Translations under genes and position numbers: made by a program
Source of the DNA: an uncultured Myxococcales bacterium
GTDB lineage: Bacteria; Myxococcota; UBA727; JABDBI01
DNA: 64,000 bases
Reading direction: 5' to 3'
Assembly (NCBI GenBank): GCA_964368985.1
Contig: CAYJDW010000002.1
Location: 28,171-92,170 of the forward strand
The notes under the pieces: generated by a model
Seen by the model: only the letters and a program-made list of their open reading frames with translations
Told to the model about the DNA's origin: nothing
Databases searched by the model: none
Shown: positions 10,379 to 20,641 of the stretch, one piece after another
Layout: each line of letters starts with the position of its first letter
Position numbering within the stretch: the first letter of the stretch is position 1

Positions 10379-11530
10379 ATGAGATATTTATTTTTTGTGA
10401 CTTGGTTATTAGTAGGGTTTTTTCCTATCTCGTGTGGGAATAAAGGATCATCGGATTCTTCGAATTTTTCGAATCCTGCGAATACTTTTAATCCCAGTCC
10501 TAAGGTTGAGAGTAAATGTACCCTAAAGAATCAGGATCAATGCGAACTAAATATTCTTGATAATTGTATTTGGAACTTCGATCGCTGCATGAATAAAATT
10601 CTTGAGTATGCGCCTGTCGTTCCGAAAGAGCTCGGAAAAGTGAAAATGGTGGCCGTTGGTAAGGGTTTTTGCGCTATAGATATGAATGATGAGCTCTGGT
10701 GCATTCCTCAATCCATTTTAGAACGACAAATTCTTCCCCGGCCAACGAAAAAATATCGCCATGTCGCTATGGCTATAGATGCAGTATTGAGGAGTAAAAT
10801 TTGCGCCACTGAACTTGATGGCACAAGTGTCTGTTTCGACAAAGGAAAAGAGGAAAAAGGCCCCACCACAGATAAAGTTCTAGAGACGATTCCTTCTCCC
10901 CACCACGATACGATCTGTGCTTTTTCGCAGAAGAAACTCTATTGCGAGTCAAACCAAAAAGCTTTTGAAAAACTTGATGATTTTTCGAATGACCCCGATA
11001 TCCAAAGGTGGGCTAAAAAGAACGCCACTGATGCCATGCCTGATTTCCAAAAAATTGCTTTTTTGGGATCAAATTATGGTAGTGATGCAAAGAAATTTTT
11101 TACCGCATTTTCCAGTTCAAAAGTCCTCGTAGGCGTTCGGGATGATACTAAAGCAAGTCTTTGGGATATGGCAAAACTCGGTAGTGGGCGCGCTGCAATA
11201 TATGAAGATATTTTAAGTTTTAGCACTTATAATGAGGCTTATTGTATCATTGCCGAAGATAAAAAAGGATTAGTTTGTGATGGTGGAAAATATCACAGTT
11301 TAGTTGATACTCCTAAAGATATTCAAAATGCTGACTTGGTTCAGGTGGCCACGGCGTTGGAGCATACCTGCGTGATCCTTAAGGGCTCCGGCGAGCTTAA
11401 ATGTTGGGGAGCCAAGAGAAAAATTAAAAATATGCCGCCAAATCTCTCTGGCGTAAAGCAAGTTGCCGTGAGTGAAGAGATGACTTGTTTTATTGACAAA
11501 GCCGATATGCTGAATTGTTTTGGCGAATAG
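10379..11530 (+). CDS. Cys-rich lipoprotein with RCC1-like (regulator of chromosome condensation) beta-propeller repeats
   Basis: It has a signal peptide plus lipobox (FFPISCG). Recurrent HTCVILKGSGELKCWG, FCAIDMNDELWCIP and MTCFIDKADMLNCFG motifs match the RCC1 blade consensus (hTC.l..dG.v.CWG). Confidence 0.5.
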   Translation: MRYLFFVTWLLVGFFPISCGNKGSSDSSNFSNPANTFNPSPKVESKCTLKNQDQCELNILDNCIWNFDRCMNKILEYAPVVPKELGKVKMVAVGKGFCAIDMNDELWCIPQSILERQILPRPTKKYRHVAMAIDAVLRSKICATELDGTSVCFDKGKEEKGPTTDKVLETIPSPHHDTICAFSQKKLYCESNQKAFEKLDDFSNDPDIQRWAKKNATDAMPDFQKIAFLGSNYGSDAKKFFTAFSSSKVLVGVRDDTKASLWDMAKLGSGRAAIYEDILSFSTYNEAYCIIAEDKKGLVCDGGKYHSLVDTPKDIQNADLVQVATALEHTCVILKGSGELKCWGAKRKIKNMPPNLSGVKQVAVSEEMTCFIDKADMLNCFGE

Positions 11531-11887
11531 TTAGTTTAAGCGCTGCGGATTAATACCTATTTTAGTGTTTGTGCCAAGCATAATAGTCAGTCCATGAAAA
11601 AGGCTTGGTAAGAGCGGGATTAAGTTTATAATGGGTATTAAATCGCAGGCCAAGGCTGCCAGCGCGATGCTGCCCAATTGGGGTTTATTAATTTGGCGGC
11701 CCCGTAGAAAACTTATCCCCACGGCCAGGCCTAAAGATAAAGCATGAACGCTAAAACCCCAGCGAGCCTGATCGGAAAAAATATTGGCCATCATGGAATT
11801 CGAGCCCACCCAAGGCAGTATATAGCTGGGGAGGATGAGGATTGTGTAGGCATAAAAAAACCATTGTCGTTTAAAAAACTCAAACAT
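11531..11887 (-). CDS. Hypothetical small membrane protein
   Basis: Three or four predicted TM helices. No motifs. Confidence 0.35.
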   Translation of the reverse strand: MFEFFKRQWFFYAYTILILPSYILPWVGSNSMMANIFSDQARWGFSVHALSLGLAVGISFLRGRQINKPQLGSIALAALACDLIPIINLIPLLPSLFHGLTIMLGTNTKIGINPQRLN

Positions 11888-12063
11888 AGGAGCAACCTCA
11901 TCATGCGGGCTAATAAAATTGTCAGGTGGGGATTAATAACACTTTTTAGCAATTTAACCATTAGGAGGGCCGGGCCAATCAACCGTGCTATTAATTAATA
12001 CAATTCAAGACATTCCGAGCTTGCTCACATTAATATAAATTGTCACAAAGAGGGAGCTAGCGC

Positions 12064-12504
12064 ATGTATAAGCAATGGTGTGAATTTTCTTTTATTCTTA
12101 AGCCATCTACCCGCGGCGGTGTCGGGGTTTTTGCGACTCACCCGATCATTGCGGAATCTCCAATTTTTCATCGCCCTTTTACTATGAGAATATTGGCCAT
12201 CAACGAAATTCCACCTGCGCTACGTCAATATTGTATCTATATTAATGAGGAAGAAGCTATTTGTCCTGAGCATTTTGCCCATATGGAGATTGCCTGGTTC
12301 ATCAATCATTCCGACCAGCCTAATATTATGAGACGTATGCCTATTCGTAACTTTGGGGCAGCAAATAAAATGGATACTCTTAATGATATGAAAATGCGGT
12401 CAATGTATTCTATTAAAAATATTGAAATGGATGAAGAAATTTTGATTGATTATAATCATTTGAATGAACCCGAGCATTTGAAAGAAGATTATTATCGAAG
12501 ATAA
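12064..12504 (+). CDS. SET-domain protein (putative protein-lysine methyltransferase)
   Basis: GGVGVFAT N-terminal SET motif, INHSDQPN (the NHSCxPN box) and a C-terminal EEILIDYN (the ELxxDY box). At 146 aa it is the size of a minimal SET. Confidence 0.65.
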   Translation: MYKQWCEFSFILKPSTRGGVGVFATHPIIAESPIFHRPFTMRILAINEIPPALRQYCIYINEEEAICPEHFAHMEIAWFINHSDQPNIMRRMPIRNFGAANKMDTLNDMKMRSMYSIKNIEMDEEILIDYNHLNEPEHLKEDYYRR

Positions 12505-13214
12505 ATTTGGCGATGGCTTTTTAGCAAAGGCCATTCGGGGAGGTCAGCCTCAAAATCAGCAGAGGGCCCTGCCCATGCTTTCTGACCATTTATTAGAATC
12601 AGCAGATCTCCGCCTAAATAGTTCGTCTCCGCCAAATCGTGACTAATAAAAATAATCGTCAAGCGATCATTCACGACACTTTTTAGCAATTTAACCATAG
12701 CTAGCCTCAAGACCGTATCAAGTCCTGAAAAAGGCTCGTCCATGATCAAGAGGCGCGGATTGCTGGCCATCGCTCGGGCGAGCGCAAGGCGTTGTTGCTC
12801 GCCTTGGGACAATTCATGGGGACGTCTCGTTTTAAGATTGTCGAGCTGGAAAGTCACTAATAGCTCGTCAATATTTAACGCTGTTGGCGCGAAAGAGCGG
12901 GTGAGTAAAAGAGTCTGGATAACACTTAGATGCGGCCATAGGCTCAGGTTTTGCGGCACATAGGCAAAGCGTCGTTTAGAGATTGGGGAGGTGATTTTAT
13001 TATCGTGTTGCAGCAGTTCTTCATAAAAATAAATTTTGCCGGCGACATTAAAGCCAGTCGCCAAGCCTAAAATAGTACGGGCCAGGGTGGATTTACCGCT
13101 CCCGGAAGGCCCCATGAGGGAGAGGATTTTGCCGCTTGGGACCGAGATATTAATGCTTTTGAGGATGGGGTGGGAAGAGGCGTTTACTGATAGGTTTTCG
13201 GTTATAAGGCCCAT
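12492..13214 (-). CDS. ABC transporter ATP-binding protein
   Basis: Walker A GPSGSGKST, signature LSQGEQQRL, Walker B LLIMDEPFSGLD. Confidence 0.85.
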   Translation of the reverse strand: MGLITENLSVNASSHPILKSINISVPSGKILSLMGPSGSGKSTLARTILGLATGFNVAGKIYFYEELLQHDNKITSPISKRRFAYVPQNLSLWPHLSVIQTLLLTRSFAPTALNIDELLVTFQLDNLKTRRPHELSQGEQQRLALARAMASNPRLLIMDEPFSGLDTVLRLAMVKLLKSVVNDRLTIIFISHDLAETNYLGGDLLILINGQKAWAGPSADFEADLPEWPLLKSHRQIYLR

Positions 13215-13280
13215 AATAAATCCCCAATCTGCTCGCGTCCCTTTAAGAAGTGCGTTGTTGCATAAATGCGGCCCATTTTA

Positions 13281-13326
13281 GCACCACACTCCCTCGCCCG
13301 CTTGCGGGCGAGGGAGTGTGGTGCCG
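13281..13326. repeat. REP-like perfect hairpin (21-bp stem, ttgc loop) in the gcaccacactccctcgcccgcttgcggg family
   Basis: Read directly as gcaccacactccctcgcccgc-ttgc-gggcgagggagtgtggtgc. It is intergenic between two minus-strand genes. Related copies are at 33.2, 54.4 and 56.0 kb. Confidence 0.7.
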
Positions 13327-13369
13327 GGCCTTAGCCTCTTTTAAAAAACCTTCACACTGGGCGGATTAC

Positions 13370-14113
13370 TCACACCCGCCACAAATACATTAAAATAGCC
13401 CCCGCCACAGCCACATTGAGGGATTCAGTCGCATTGCTCATGGGCAAGGAAACTTTCCTGCCAAGTGCGCTTATTTCTTTACTCAAGCCAGCAACCTCCG
13501 AGCCCAAGGCGAGAGCGATTGCGACCGGCGTGTTCAATGTCTCAGGGGCTTTGCCATCGAGCTCAGCGACGTGGAGAGGGAGTTTTTCGAGCTCAAGAAT
13601 TTGTTTTAGCTCACTAAGCTTTCCACTCTTCAAATGCAAACGAAAACAAGCACCCTTAGAAGCTTGAAGGGCTTTTTCGCCGAAAGGATCGGCTGAGCCC
13701 TCCAATAAAAAAATGTGATCCCATCCAAAAGCCAAAGCGCTGCGAAAAATGGTGCCTAAATTTCCTGGGTCTTTGATTTGGTCGAGGATCAGGAGGCGTT
13801 TACAGCCCTTAAAAGAAATTTCAGTAGGGCACGGAAATTCTGCGATCCAATCAGGCAACATCGGCAGATTGGTGATTTTCTCCATCACTTCATCGCTCAC
13901 CTTTAGGAAGGGAGCTGAGGGCGGAGGAAGCGACGCGTTTTCTCGGATCATAATAAGCCGGGGAGGCAAATAATGCATGAGCTCGGTGATCACCTGGCTG
14001 CCCGGCACGAGGGCTGAGCCTTCCTTGATACGTTCGGAGGATTTTGTGCGCAAGCGCACCCATTTTTTGACGATAGGATTCGAAGTGCTCGACAGGTATT
14101 TTTCCTTAGACAT
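13370..14113 (-). CDS. SpoU/TrmH family RNA 2'-O-methyltransferase
   Basis: The SPOUT motifs are LILDQIKDPGNLGTIFRSA and a C-terminal LPMSNATESLNVAVAGAILMY knot. Confidence 0.8.
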   Translation of the reverse strand: MSKEKYLSSTSNPIVKKWVRLRTKSSERIKEGSALVPGSQVITELMHYLPPRLIMIRENASLPPPSAPFLKVSDEVMEKITNLPMLPDWIAEFPCPTEISFKGCKRLLILDQIKDPGNLGTIFRSALAFGWDHIFLLEGSADPFGEKALQASKGACFRLHLKSGKLSELKQILELEKLPLHVAELDGKAPETLNTPVAIALALGSEVAGLSKEISALGRKVSLPMSNATESLNVAVAGAILMYLWRV

Positions 14114-14115
14114 CT

Positions 14116-14781
14116 CTACAACCTACCAAAACCTGCGAAGAGCTGGGCCGCAGTAAAGGACGGGTGGGGGCCTTCGGCTCTTCTTAGCATATGATTTACT
14201 CGTTTGTTGGTGGCAGGATTAATTGATTTGTCCGGCATGGAAAGATCCATCCGCGAACGAATAATCGAACGGCCTAAATGATGAACGAAATGAATTAAAG
14301 AGCCTTCAGTTTTTTCCACAATCCCAATATGGGTCAATGCGTCGTTCAAACGACCGTTGCGGCTACGGTCATAGGTATTATGGAAAAAAACTAAATCACC
14401 CGGAATGGGGTTATTTTTAATAATTTTTCCATATTTACGAACATAACGATAAATAACTTTAACATCGTTATCTGAAGGACTTTTCATCACACCACCAAGA
14501 GGAATGCGAGCCTGAGCAAATATTGCTCTTACCGTGCCTGAACAATCTGCGCGAAAAGATTTTGAGCCCGCTTTTATTGAAGATTTGCCGACAGATTTTT
14601 GGGCAATTTGGCTAAGGCGTGAGCGATCATTATTATTGAGTTTTTTATATATGCTTCGAGAGTTATTTTTTGTGGGGTGAAAAGTCCGTGAAGTGCTTGC
14701 ACAGCCGCTAAAAATCAGGATCAACGCCACCATCATGCTCGCGAATAAATTGCTTAAAATGTTTTTATAAGAGCGATTCAT
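14116..14781 (-). CDS. NlpC/P60 (C40) family cell-wall peptidase lipoprotein
   Basis: Lipobox FSGC. FRADCSGTV is the catalytic Cys box, and PGDLVFF...THIGIV is the conserved His region. Confidence 0.7.
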   Translation of the reverse strand: MNRSYKNILSNLFASMMVALILIFSGCASTSRTFHPTKNNSRSIYKKLNNNDRSRLSQIAQKSVGKSSIKAGSKSFRADCSGTVRAIFAQARIPLGGVMKSPSDNDVKVIYRYVRKYGKIIKNNPIPGDLVFFHNTYDRSRNGRLNDALTHIGIVEKTEGSLIHFVHHLGRSIIRSRMDLSMPDKSINPATNKRVNHMLRRAEGPHPSFTAAQLFAGFGRL

Positions 14782-14877
14782 GTTTTGGTTTTTAGGCGGT
14801 TAAAGCGTTTTTAGTAGTATATAATTTATGCGCCACCATTCTTGTTTTTTTGCTCAATAAGAATAATTTAAAGCTTA

Positions 14878-15267
14878 TTAGAGCATATCTTTGCTGATAG
14901 TTACTGCGATTCGATTGGTAGCTTCCAAAGTCACTGAGGAAATTAAGGGCAAATTGGATTCTAGTTTGCGAAAGATCCACAGTGCCACTACCTCACCGGT
15001 CGGGTTTTGTAAGCCCTCAATTTCATTAAGTAAAGAATGGTCCAGCAATTTTGCGAGGGGAGCGAAAGCATGGTTTAACTCTGCTAAATCCATGACCCAT
15101 CCCATTTTTTCATCGATAGGGCCTTTAACGCGAATGACCAATCGATAACTATGGCCATGGATCTTATGACATTGATGACTTTCGGGTACTGCAGGCAAAA
15201 AATGAGCCGCCTCAAATCGAAATTCTTTTGCTATTTCAGCATTTATCGCCACAGTTTTTTCCCTCAA
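14878..15267 (-). CDS. queD: 6-carboxy-5,6,7,8-tetrahydropterin synthase QueD (6-pyruvoyl-tetrahydropterin synthase family)
   Basis: 129 aa. It has the CHKIHGHSY zinc-binding Cx3HGH motif and the FRFEAAHFLP start typical of PTPS/QueD. Confidence 0.8.
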   Translation of the reverse strand: MREKTVAINAEIAKEFRFEAAHFLPAVPESHQCHKIHGHSYRLVIRVKGPIDEKMGWVMDLAELNHAFAPLAKLLDHSLLNEIEGLQNPTGEVVALWIFRKLESNLPLISSVTLEATNRIAVTISKDML

Positions 15268-15524
15268 TACTAATTATTTGGTTTTTCTTGCTGCTTTATT
15301 CAATGCAATTGAATGAAGTATGGGCCCTAACATGGCCCTTTAGCCATAAATTGGCAATAAGGCAGATTGAGAGCTTGGCTCATGTGCTCTATGGTGTTTT
15401 TCTTTAAGCTGGTTTAGTCTATGCGAGCGCCTTATCTCTATGTAGCACCAACAACAATCCGTGATAAGAACTTTGAGGTCATGGGCGTGGCATCAAAGAA
15501 AATGAAAAGGGTAGGATATACCTG

Positions 15525-17372
15525 ATGAATACTGAATTAAATAAAGAAGCTGCTCAGCCTAGAAAAGCGAACTCCGAAGGGAATCGACCGAGAGCAAAAA
15601 AACGACCAAGAGGTGACAAAAGAGTCATGCGTCCTAGCGTGATTTATAGTGACGAAGAACTCTTGGCGGTGGAACAGCGTCCTTTTTGGAACTGTGTCCA
15701 CGACGCAAAAGTCTCGTCGATTATCGATGATGGCGTTGTGGTAGCTTTGGCGAGCCCCACTGGTGGGGACATCAAAGTTCTTATACCTGATGGCGAATTA
15801 GTCGCGAAAGCGAGCCTTGCGCCCAATCAGTCCATGCGCGTCTATTTGGACGACACCATCGAGAGCAAAGCTGACAGTGAGCACCCTATCTCAGGGAGCG
15901 AAGTTAAAGCAGTTGAACTCGATTTGTTGGAACGAGCCTCCAAGGCCCAACAAAAAAGAGAAACGCTGCACGGCTATGTCGTGAGCGCTATCAAGGGCGG
16001 CTATTCTTTGGCGCTTTTTGCCCAGAGTAGAGAGCAGGCAGAAGTGGGCTATGGTTTGCGCGCATTTTTACCTTTTGGTCGTACTGCGCTTCGTCGCAAC
16101 GATGGCCTTTCTGAGGCGGAAAATCATCTTGTTTCAGTGCAAATCAGCGAACTTGATTTGGCGAGAGGCAACATTGTTGTTTCGCGACGGGAATTGTTAG
16201 CTGAAGAACGCAAAAAAGATGAAGAAGAGTTTTATACGAAGCACAAGGTAGGCGATCAAATCAGCGGCAAAGTGAGCGCAGTCATGCCTTATGGCGTGTT
16301 CGTTAACTTAGGCGCGGTTGATGGCTTCTTGCATGTAAGCGATATTTCTTGGGATAAAAAACCTCGTCTGCATGACATTGTTCCGGTAGGCAAAGAAATA
16401 TCGGCGCAGATTATTGGCATCGATAAAGAGAGCAAGCGCGTTAAGTTGAGCATCAAAGGCCTCAACATTGATCCTTGGCAAAACATTGAGAAAACCTTCA
16501 AGCCAGGAACTGAGGTTGAGGGTACCATTGTGGCATTCGCCGAGTTTGGTGCTTTCGTTAAACTCAGGGATGGCGTCGAAGGCTTGATTCACTTGGGCGA
16601 GATTTCTTGGAATCGCATCAAGCATCCATCGCAACGTTTTAAACTGGGTGATCCGGTGAAGGCCGCAGTATTGCGGGTGGATAAAGCTGCAAGACGAATC
16701 TCTCTTTCAACGAAAGCGATAGAATTGAGTCCGGTCGAGCGTTTGTCGGGGCAATTTCCTATTGGTACCGTTCTTAAAACCAAAATTGCAAGCATCCATG
16801 ACTTTGGTATGTTCGTAGTTCTCGACGAAGAAAGTCAGGGATTGGTACCGCGAAGCGAAGTTTCTTGGCATCGCAGCGAAGATCCTTTGGACAAAACTTA
16901 TAGCGTGGGCCAAGAAATTGAAGTTGCAGTTTTGGGCTATGACTCCGATCGCCAACGAGTTTCCTGCTCCATCAAACGCCTAAACGATGATCCATGGAAT
17001 AAGTGGAAAACCATGTTTAAGCGTGGCAGCGTCCACAATGTCAAAGTTTTGCGTGTGCTTCGCACGGGTCTTGAGTGCCAACTTGATGGCGAGCTGATTG
17101 GGTTTTGCCCACGACGAGAGCTTTCCGAAGGTGAAAACGAGCAAAGCAAACTCAATGCTCGCGTGGGCGATATGATTGAAATTGTTGTAACCGCCATTGA
17201 TCCGGTGCGTCAGCGTATTTCGATTAGTCAAAAAGCGGCAGCCGAATCGGAAACGAAGCAGGCATATGAAACTTACTTACACGAGCAGAGCCAGGGCGGT
17301 GCACGCACTACTTTGGGTGATGCTTTTAAAAAAATAGATTTGAATAAAGGTAGAAATAAGGACCATGGCTAA
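15525..17372 (+). CDS. rpsA: 30S ribosomal protein S1 with a basic N-terminal extension
   Basis: It has multiple S1 domains (GxxVxGxVxxVxxYGxFVxL repeats, e.g. GDQISGKVSAVMPYGVFVNLGA). The roughly 60-aa N-terminus is Lys/Arg-rich. Confidence 0.9.
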   Translation: MNTELNKEAAQPRKANSEGNRPRAKKRPRGDKRVMRPSVIYSDEELLAVEQRPFWNCVHDAKVSSIIDDGVVVALASPTGGDIKVLIPDGELVAKASLAPNQSMRVYLDDTIESKADSEHPISGSEVKAVELDLLERASKAQQKRETLHGYVVSAIKGGYSLALFAQSREQAEVGYGLRAFLPFGRTALRRNDGLSEAENHLVSVQISELDLARGNIVVSRRELLAEERKKDEEEFYTKHKVGDQISGKVSAVMPYGVFVNLGAVDGFLHVSDISWDKKPRLHDIVPVGKEISAQIIGIDKESKRVKLSIKGLNIDPWQNIEKTFKPGTEVEGTIVAFAEFGAFVKLRDGVEGLIHLGEISWNRIKHPSQRFKLGDPVKAAVLRVDKAARRISLSTKAIELSPVERLSGQFPIGTVLKTKIASIHDFGMFVVLDEESQGLVPRSEVSWHRSEDPLDKTYSVGQEIEVAVLGYDSDRQRVSCSIKRLNDDPWNKWKTMFKRGSVHNVKVLRVLRTGLECQLDGELIGFCPRRELSEGENEQSKLNARVGDMIEIVVTAIDPVRQRISISQKAAAESETKQAYETYLHEQSQGGARTTLGDAFKKIDLNKGRNKDHG

Positions 17373-18747
17373 AGTTCATTTAACTTCGCTTGGTTGTCCA
17401 AAAAACCGCGTCGATGCCGAGCATATGCTGGGCATCGCTCGTTCTTTAGGCCATGAATTGGTTTCTAATGCGGACGATGCGGATACATTGGTAATCAATA
17501 CGTGTGCATTTATTAACGAAGCAAAAGAAGAATCCATCGACGGTATTTTGCAATTGGCTGAGCTTAAGGAGAAATCTGGCGGCAAGAAGAAGCTGATTGT
17601 GACGGGTTGTTTGGCGCAAAGATATTCTAAAGAGTTAGAAAGTGAGATCCCTGAAGTGGACCATTTCTTTGGCACTTCCGATTATTCTTTGGTGGCCAAT
17701 GTTCTTTCGGGCGAATTTGGCGAGCCTGCGCCAGCGAAAAATCCGAAGCTCGTGAGTATTGGCACCAAGGCTCTCACCAAAAATATGGTGACGAGCGATT
17801 TGTCCTATATCGAAAAATTTGATCTGCCGCGTATCAATACTTCGCCCTCGTTTTCGGCTTATTTGCGTATTTCCGAAGGTTGCGATAATGCCTGTGCATT
17901 TTGCATTATTCCGAAATTGCGGGGTAAGCAGCGCAGCCGTGGAATTGAAGATCTCGTGAAGGAAGCGCAGTTTTTAGCGCAATCGGGTGTGATGGAATTG
18001 AATCTCATTGGCCAAGATCTCACGGCTTATGGTTTCGATATTCCAGGCCGGCCCACCTTGGCAGCGCTTCTTGAAGCGTTGGCTGCCATACCTGGAATTC
18101 GCTGGATTCGCCAAATGTATGCCTATCCGCGGACTTTTAGCGAAGCATATTTTAAGGCTTTCCAAAATAAAAATGTTTTGCCTTACATTGATATGCCGAC
18201 GCAGCATGGTTCGGCCAATGTTTTGCGCTTGATGAAACGAGGCGGCAGCAAGGATCGTTTAACCAATATCATCGGCAGTTTGCGCTCGAATATTCCAAAC
18301 TTAGTGTTACGAACAACCGTGATGGTGGGCTTTCCCGGCGAGACTGAGGCTGATTTTCAAGAGCTTTGTGATTTCGTGAGAGAAAATCGATTTGACCGCA
18401 TGGGTGTCTTTAAATATTCAAACGAAGAAAATACCCAAGCCTATGTTTTTGCGGATCAAGTTGCAGAATCTGTCAAAGAAAAGCGTTTTCATGAGTTGAT
18501 GTCGATTCAGCGTGAGATTTCCCTCGAGAAAATGCAAAGTTTGATTGGCAGCGAGCAAGAAGTAGTGGTGGAAGGCCAATCTGATGAGCATGAATATGTG
18601 GTCAAAGGCCGCATGTGGTCACAGGCGCCAGAGATCGACGGGCAGATTTATATTTCAGCCTTGACGCCCTTAACGGTTGGCCAAGTAGTGAAAGTAGTGA
18701 TCACCGATGCGCATGATTATGATTTGTCGGGTGAAGTGATCGAGTAG
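17365..18747 (+). CDS. rimO: Ribosomal protein S12 methylthiotransferase RimO
   Basis: The N-terminal SLGCPKNRVD MTTase motif is of RimO type. It has a radical-SAM CxxxCxxC box (CDNACAFC) and a C-terminal TRAM domain. It overlaps the rpsA stop by 8 nt. Confidence 0.85.
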   Translation: MAKVHLTSLGCPKNRVDAEHMLGIARSLGHELVSNADDADTLVINTCAFINEAKEESIDGILQLAELKEKSGGKKKLIVTGCLAQRYSKELESEIPEVDHFFGTSDYSLVANVLSGEFGEPAPAKNPKLVSIGTKALTKNMVTSDLSYIEKFDLPRINTSPSFSAYLRISEGCDNACAFCIIPKLRGKQRSRGIEDLVKEAQFLAQSGVMELNLIGQDLTAYGFDIPGRPTLAALLEALAAIPGIRWIRQMYAYPRTFSEAYFKAFQNKNVLPYIDMPTQHGSANVLRLMKRGGSKDRLTNIIGSLRSNIPNLVLRTTVMVGFPGETEADFQELCDFVRENRFDRMGVFKYSNEENTQAYVFADQVAESVKEKRFHELMSIQREISLEKMQSLIGSEQEVVVEGQSDEHEYVVKGRMWSQAPEIDGQIYISALTPLTVGQVVKVVITDAHDYDLSGEVIE

Positions 18748-18793
18748 TGGACTCGGATTTATATACCAGTAAAAACTCCTGTTGTTTTGATTA

Positions 18794-20641
18794 TTAACTA
18801 TCGAGATAAAGCTTACCGCTGGCTAACTGGCGGTAATAAACGGATCGTTGCTCGAGTTCTGGCAGGGAATAGGCCTTAATATTTTTCTCTGATGACAAAA
18901 GTGACAAATCGATGAGGCCTTTAGCTCTCGCAACGGTTTTAAGCCGATGGGCGATCACCAGGGTTAAGGAGCTTTGAGCGAGTTCCAGGATCATGGTGGT
19001 GATGGAGGATTCGCTAATTTCGTCGAGGCTGCTGGTGGGTTCATCGATTAATATGACGAAAGGCTTATAAAATTGTGCCCGTAGATAGAGGCTTGCAAAG
19101 TTCACTCGCTGGCGTTGTCCACCTGAAAGATTTAGGCCTCGTTCGCCTAGTTGCGTTAATAGGCTTTGATTGGCGTTAAGAATATTCAAGAGACCTACGC
19201 GATCGAGGATCTTTAACAAAAATTCATCGCTATAACCATGATCTTCTGGCAGCCCAAAAAGGAGATTATACTTGACCGTCCCTTGGAGCGTGGAGGCTGT
19301 TTGACCTTGCATGGCGATCATACGGCGACGCGTGCTATCGCTTATCTTATAAATATCCACGTCGTTGACCATAACAGAGCCGACATAAGGCTTTAGTTGC
19401 CCGCCCAAAATGGATAACAAGGTGGTTTTGCCACTGCCAGATGCTCCGATAATGCCATAAAGCCTATGGGTTTCGTCGCGATGGCAGCTTAAAGATAAGC
19501 TGTGGTTATTGAAGAGTTGGGCAGTTTCGTAATCGAAAGAGATCTTCTCGGCCTTTATCGTTATGTCCTCGTGCAAAGGCTTTAGTTCTTCAGCAACTCC
19601 CAAAACTGGCCAGCCCTGTTTGCCAAAACGCGGAATGAAAGCAAATAAGTCTCTTACGGCGTTTAGGCCACGCATATAGCGACGAAAGGGTCCAAGAATC
19701 CTTAGCATTAGCTGGGTGTTCCGCAAAAAAGCTATGGCTAAAGCGGTGGCAGCGACGACCGTGGTTGTACCGCTTTTTATTTGCGACAACAGCACAAGAA
19801 CCAAGGCGAAAAGCGCTAATAAATAGATCGTCCTCACTATTAAATTGCCAAAGGTATAAGAGAGCCAAACCCTGGCTTCACTTTGCATATTGTTTTTAAT
19901 AGTATTGTTTAATTTATCGCTCATATAGTCGCTTGCAAAAGTTGCCCGGACTAAGTGCACTTGCGCCAAATTCTCTACAGCAGTGGTACGAAAGGCATCA
20001 TCGCTTTCAATAAATCCCATCTCGAGGGGCGTGGAAATTCTTATCGCAAAAAAATAGCCAATAAAGAGAATGGCGCTAAACAAGCAAGTGACAAGCGCAG
20101 AAAGGAGGAGCGAATAATAAGCCAAAGCGACTATCGTTGTGATGAGGCCCACCAAAATGGGAGAAAACTCTAGCAGGAGTTGATCAAGAAGATCCTCATA
20201 GCCTCGAGCAGCTCGATCTATTTTACCCAAAATGGCGCCACTGGAGCGATGAGTATGATAGCGCGGGTCGACCACCAACAACTGCTGATGCGCATTTTGA
20301 TGGATGCTGTGGATAATTTGCAGTTGAAATTGGGCGTTTAACCTAAATCCTAAATTCTCCATAAGCGTGATTATTAACCACACGGCAAACATCGCCACAC
20401 AAATAAACATACTTGCTGATTCAAAAGCATAAGCCATCAAAAAGGGACTAATGCTCCAAAAAACATTAGATAAGGTTGTAAGCAGGGCAATAGCCACTGC
20501 CAATCCTTTTTGCCCTACAATGATTTGCCACCACGGTTTTGCGAAATCGATGGGCAAGAGCCTTGATTTGATGGCTAACAATTTTCTAAATAAAAACACG
20601 GTGATTTCCCAGCGCTCAGGCATACGCCTAGGCGATAACAA
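18794..20641 (-). CDS. ABC exporter, fused permease/ATPase (type I exporter fold)
   Basis: An N-terminal six-TM domain is followed by Walker A GASGSGKTT, signature LSGGQRQRV and Walker B ILIDEPTSSLD. Confidence 0.8.
   Translation of the reverse strand: MLSPRRMPERWEITVFLFRKLLAIKSRLLPIDFAKPWWQIIVGQKGLAVAIALLTTLSNVFWSISPFLMAYAFESASMFICVAMFAVWLIITLMENLGFRLNAQFQLQIIHSIHQNAHQQLLVVDPRYHTHRSSGAILGKIDRAARGYEDLLDQLLLEFSPILVGLITTIVALAYYSLLLSALVTCLFSAILFIGYFFAIRISTPLEMGFIESDDAFRTTAVENLAQVHLVRATFASDYMSDKLNNTIKNNMQSEARVWLSYTFGNLIVRTIYLLALFALVLVLLSQIKSGTTTVVAATALAIAFLRNTQLMLRILGPFRRYMRGLNAVRDLFAFIPRFGKQGWPVLGVAEELKPLHEDITIKAEKISFDYETAQLFNNHSLSLSCHRDETHRLYGIIGASGSGKTTLLSILGGQLKPYVGSVMVNDVDIYKISDSTRRRMIAMQGQTASTLQGTVKYNLLFGLPEDHGYSDEFLLKILDRVGLLNILNANQSLLTQLGERGLNLSGGQRQRVNFASLYLRAQFYKPFVILIDEPTSSLDEISESSITTMILELAQSSLTLVIAHRLKTVARAKGLIDLSLLSSEKNIKAYSLPELEQRSVYYRQLASGKLYLDS

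Noticed and set aside
17376-17675. Antisense ORF within rimO and many other 60-100-aa antisense ORFs inside clpA, rpsA, pyrG and the ABC genes
   Set aside because: They lie fully within strongly supported CDSs on the opposite strand and have no RBS or motif support.
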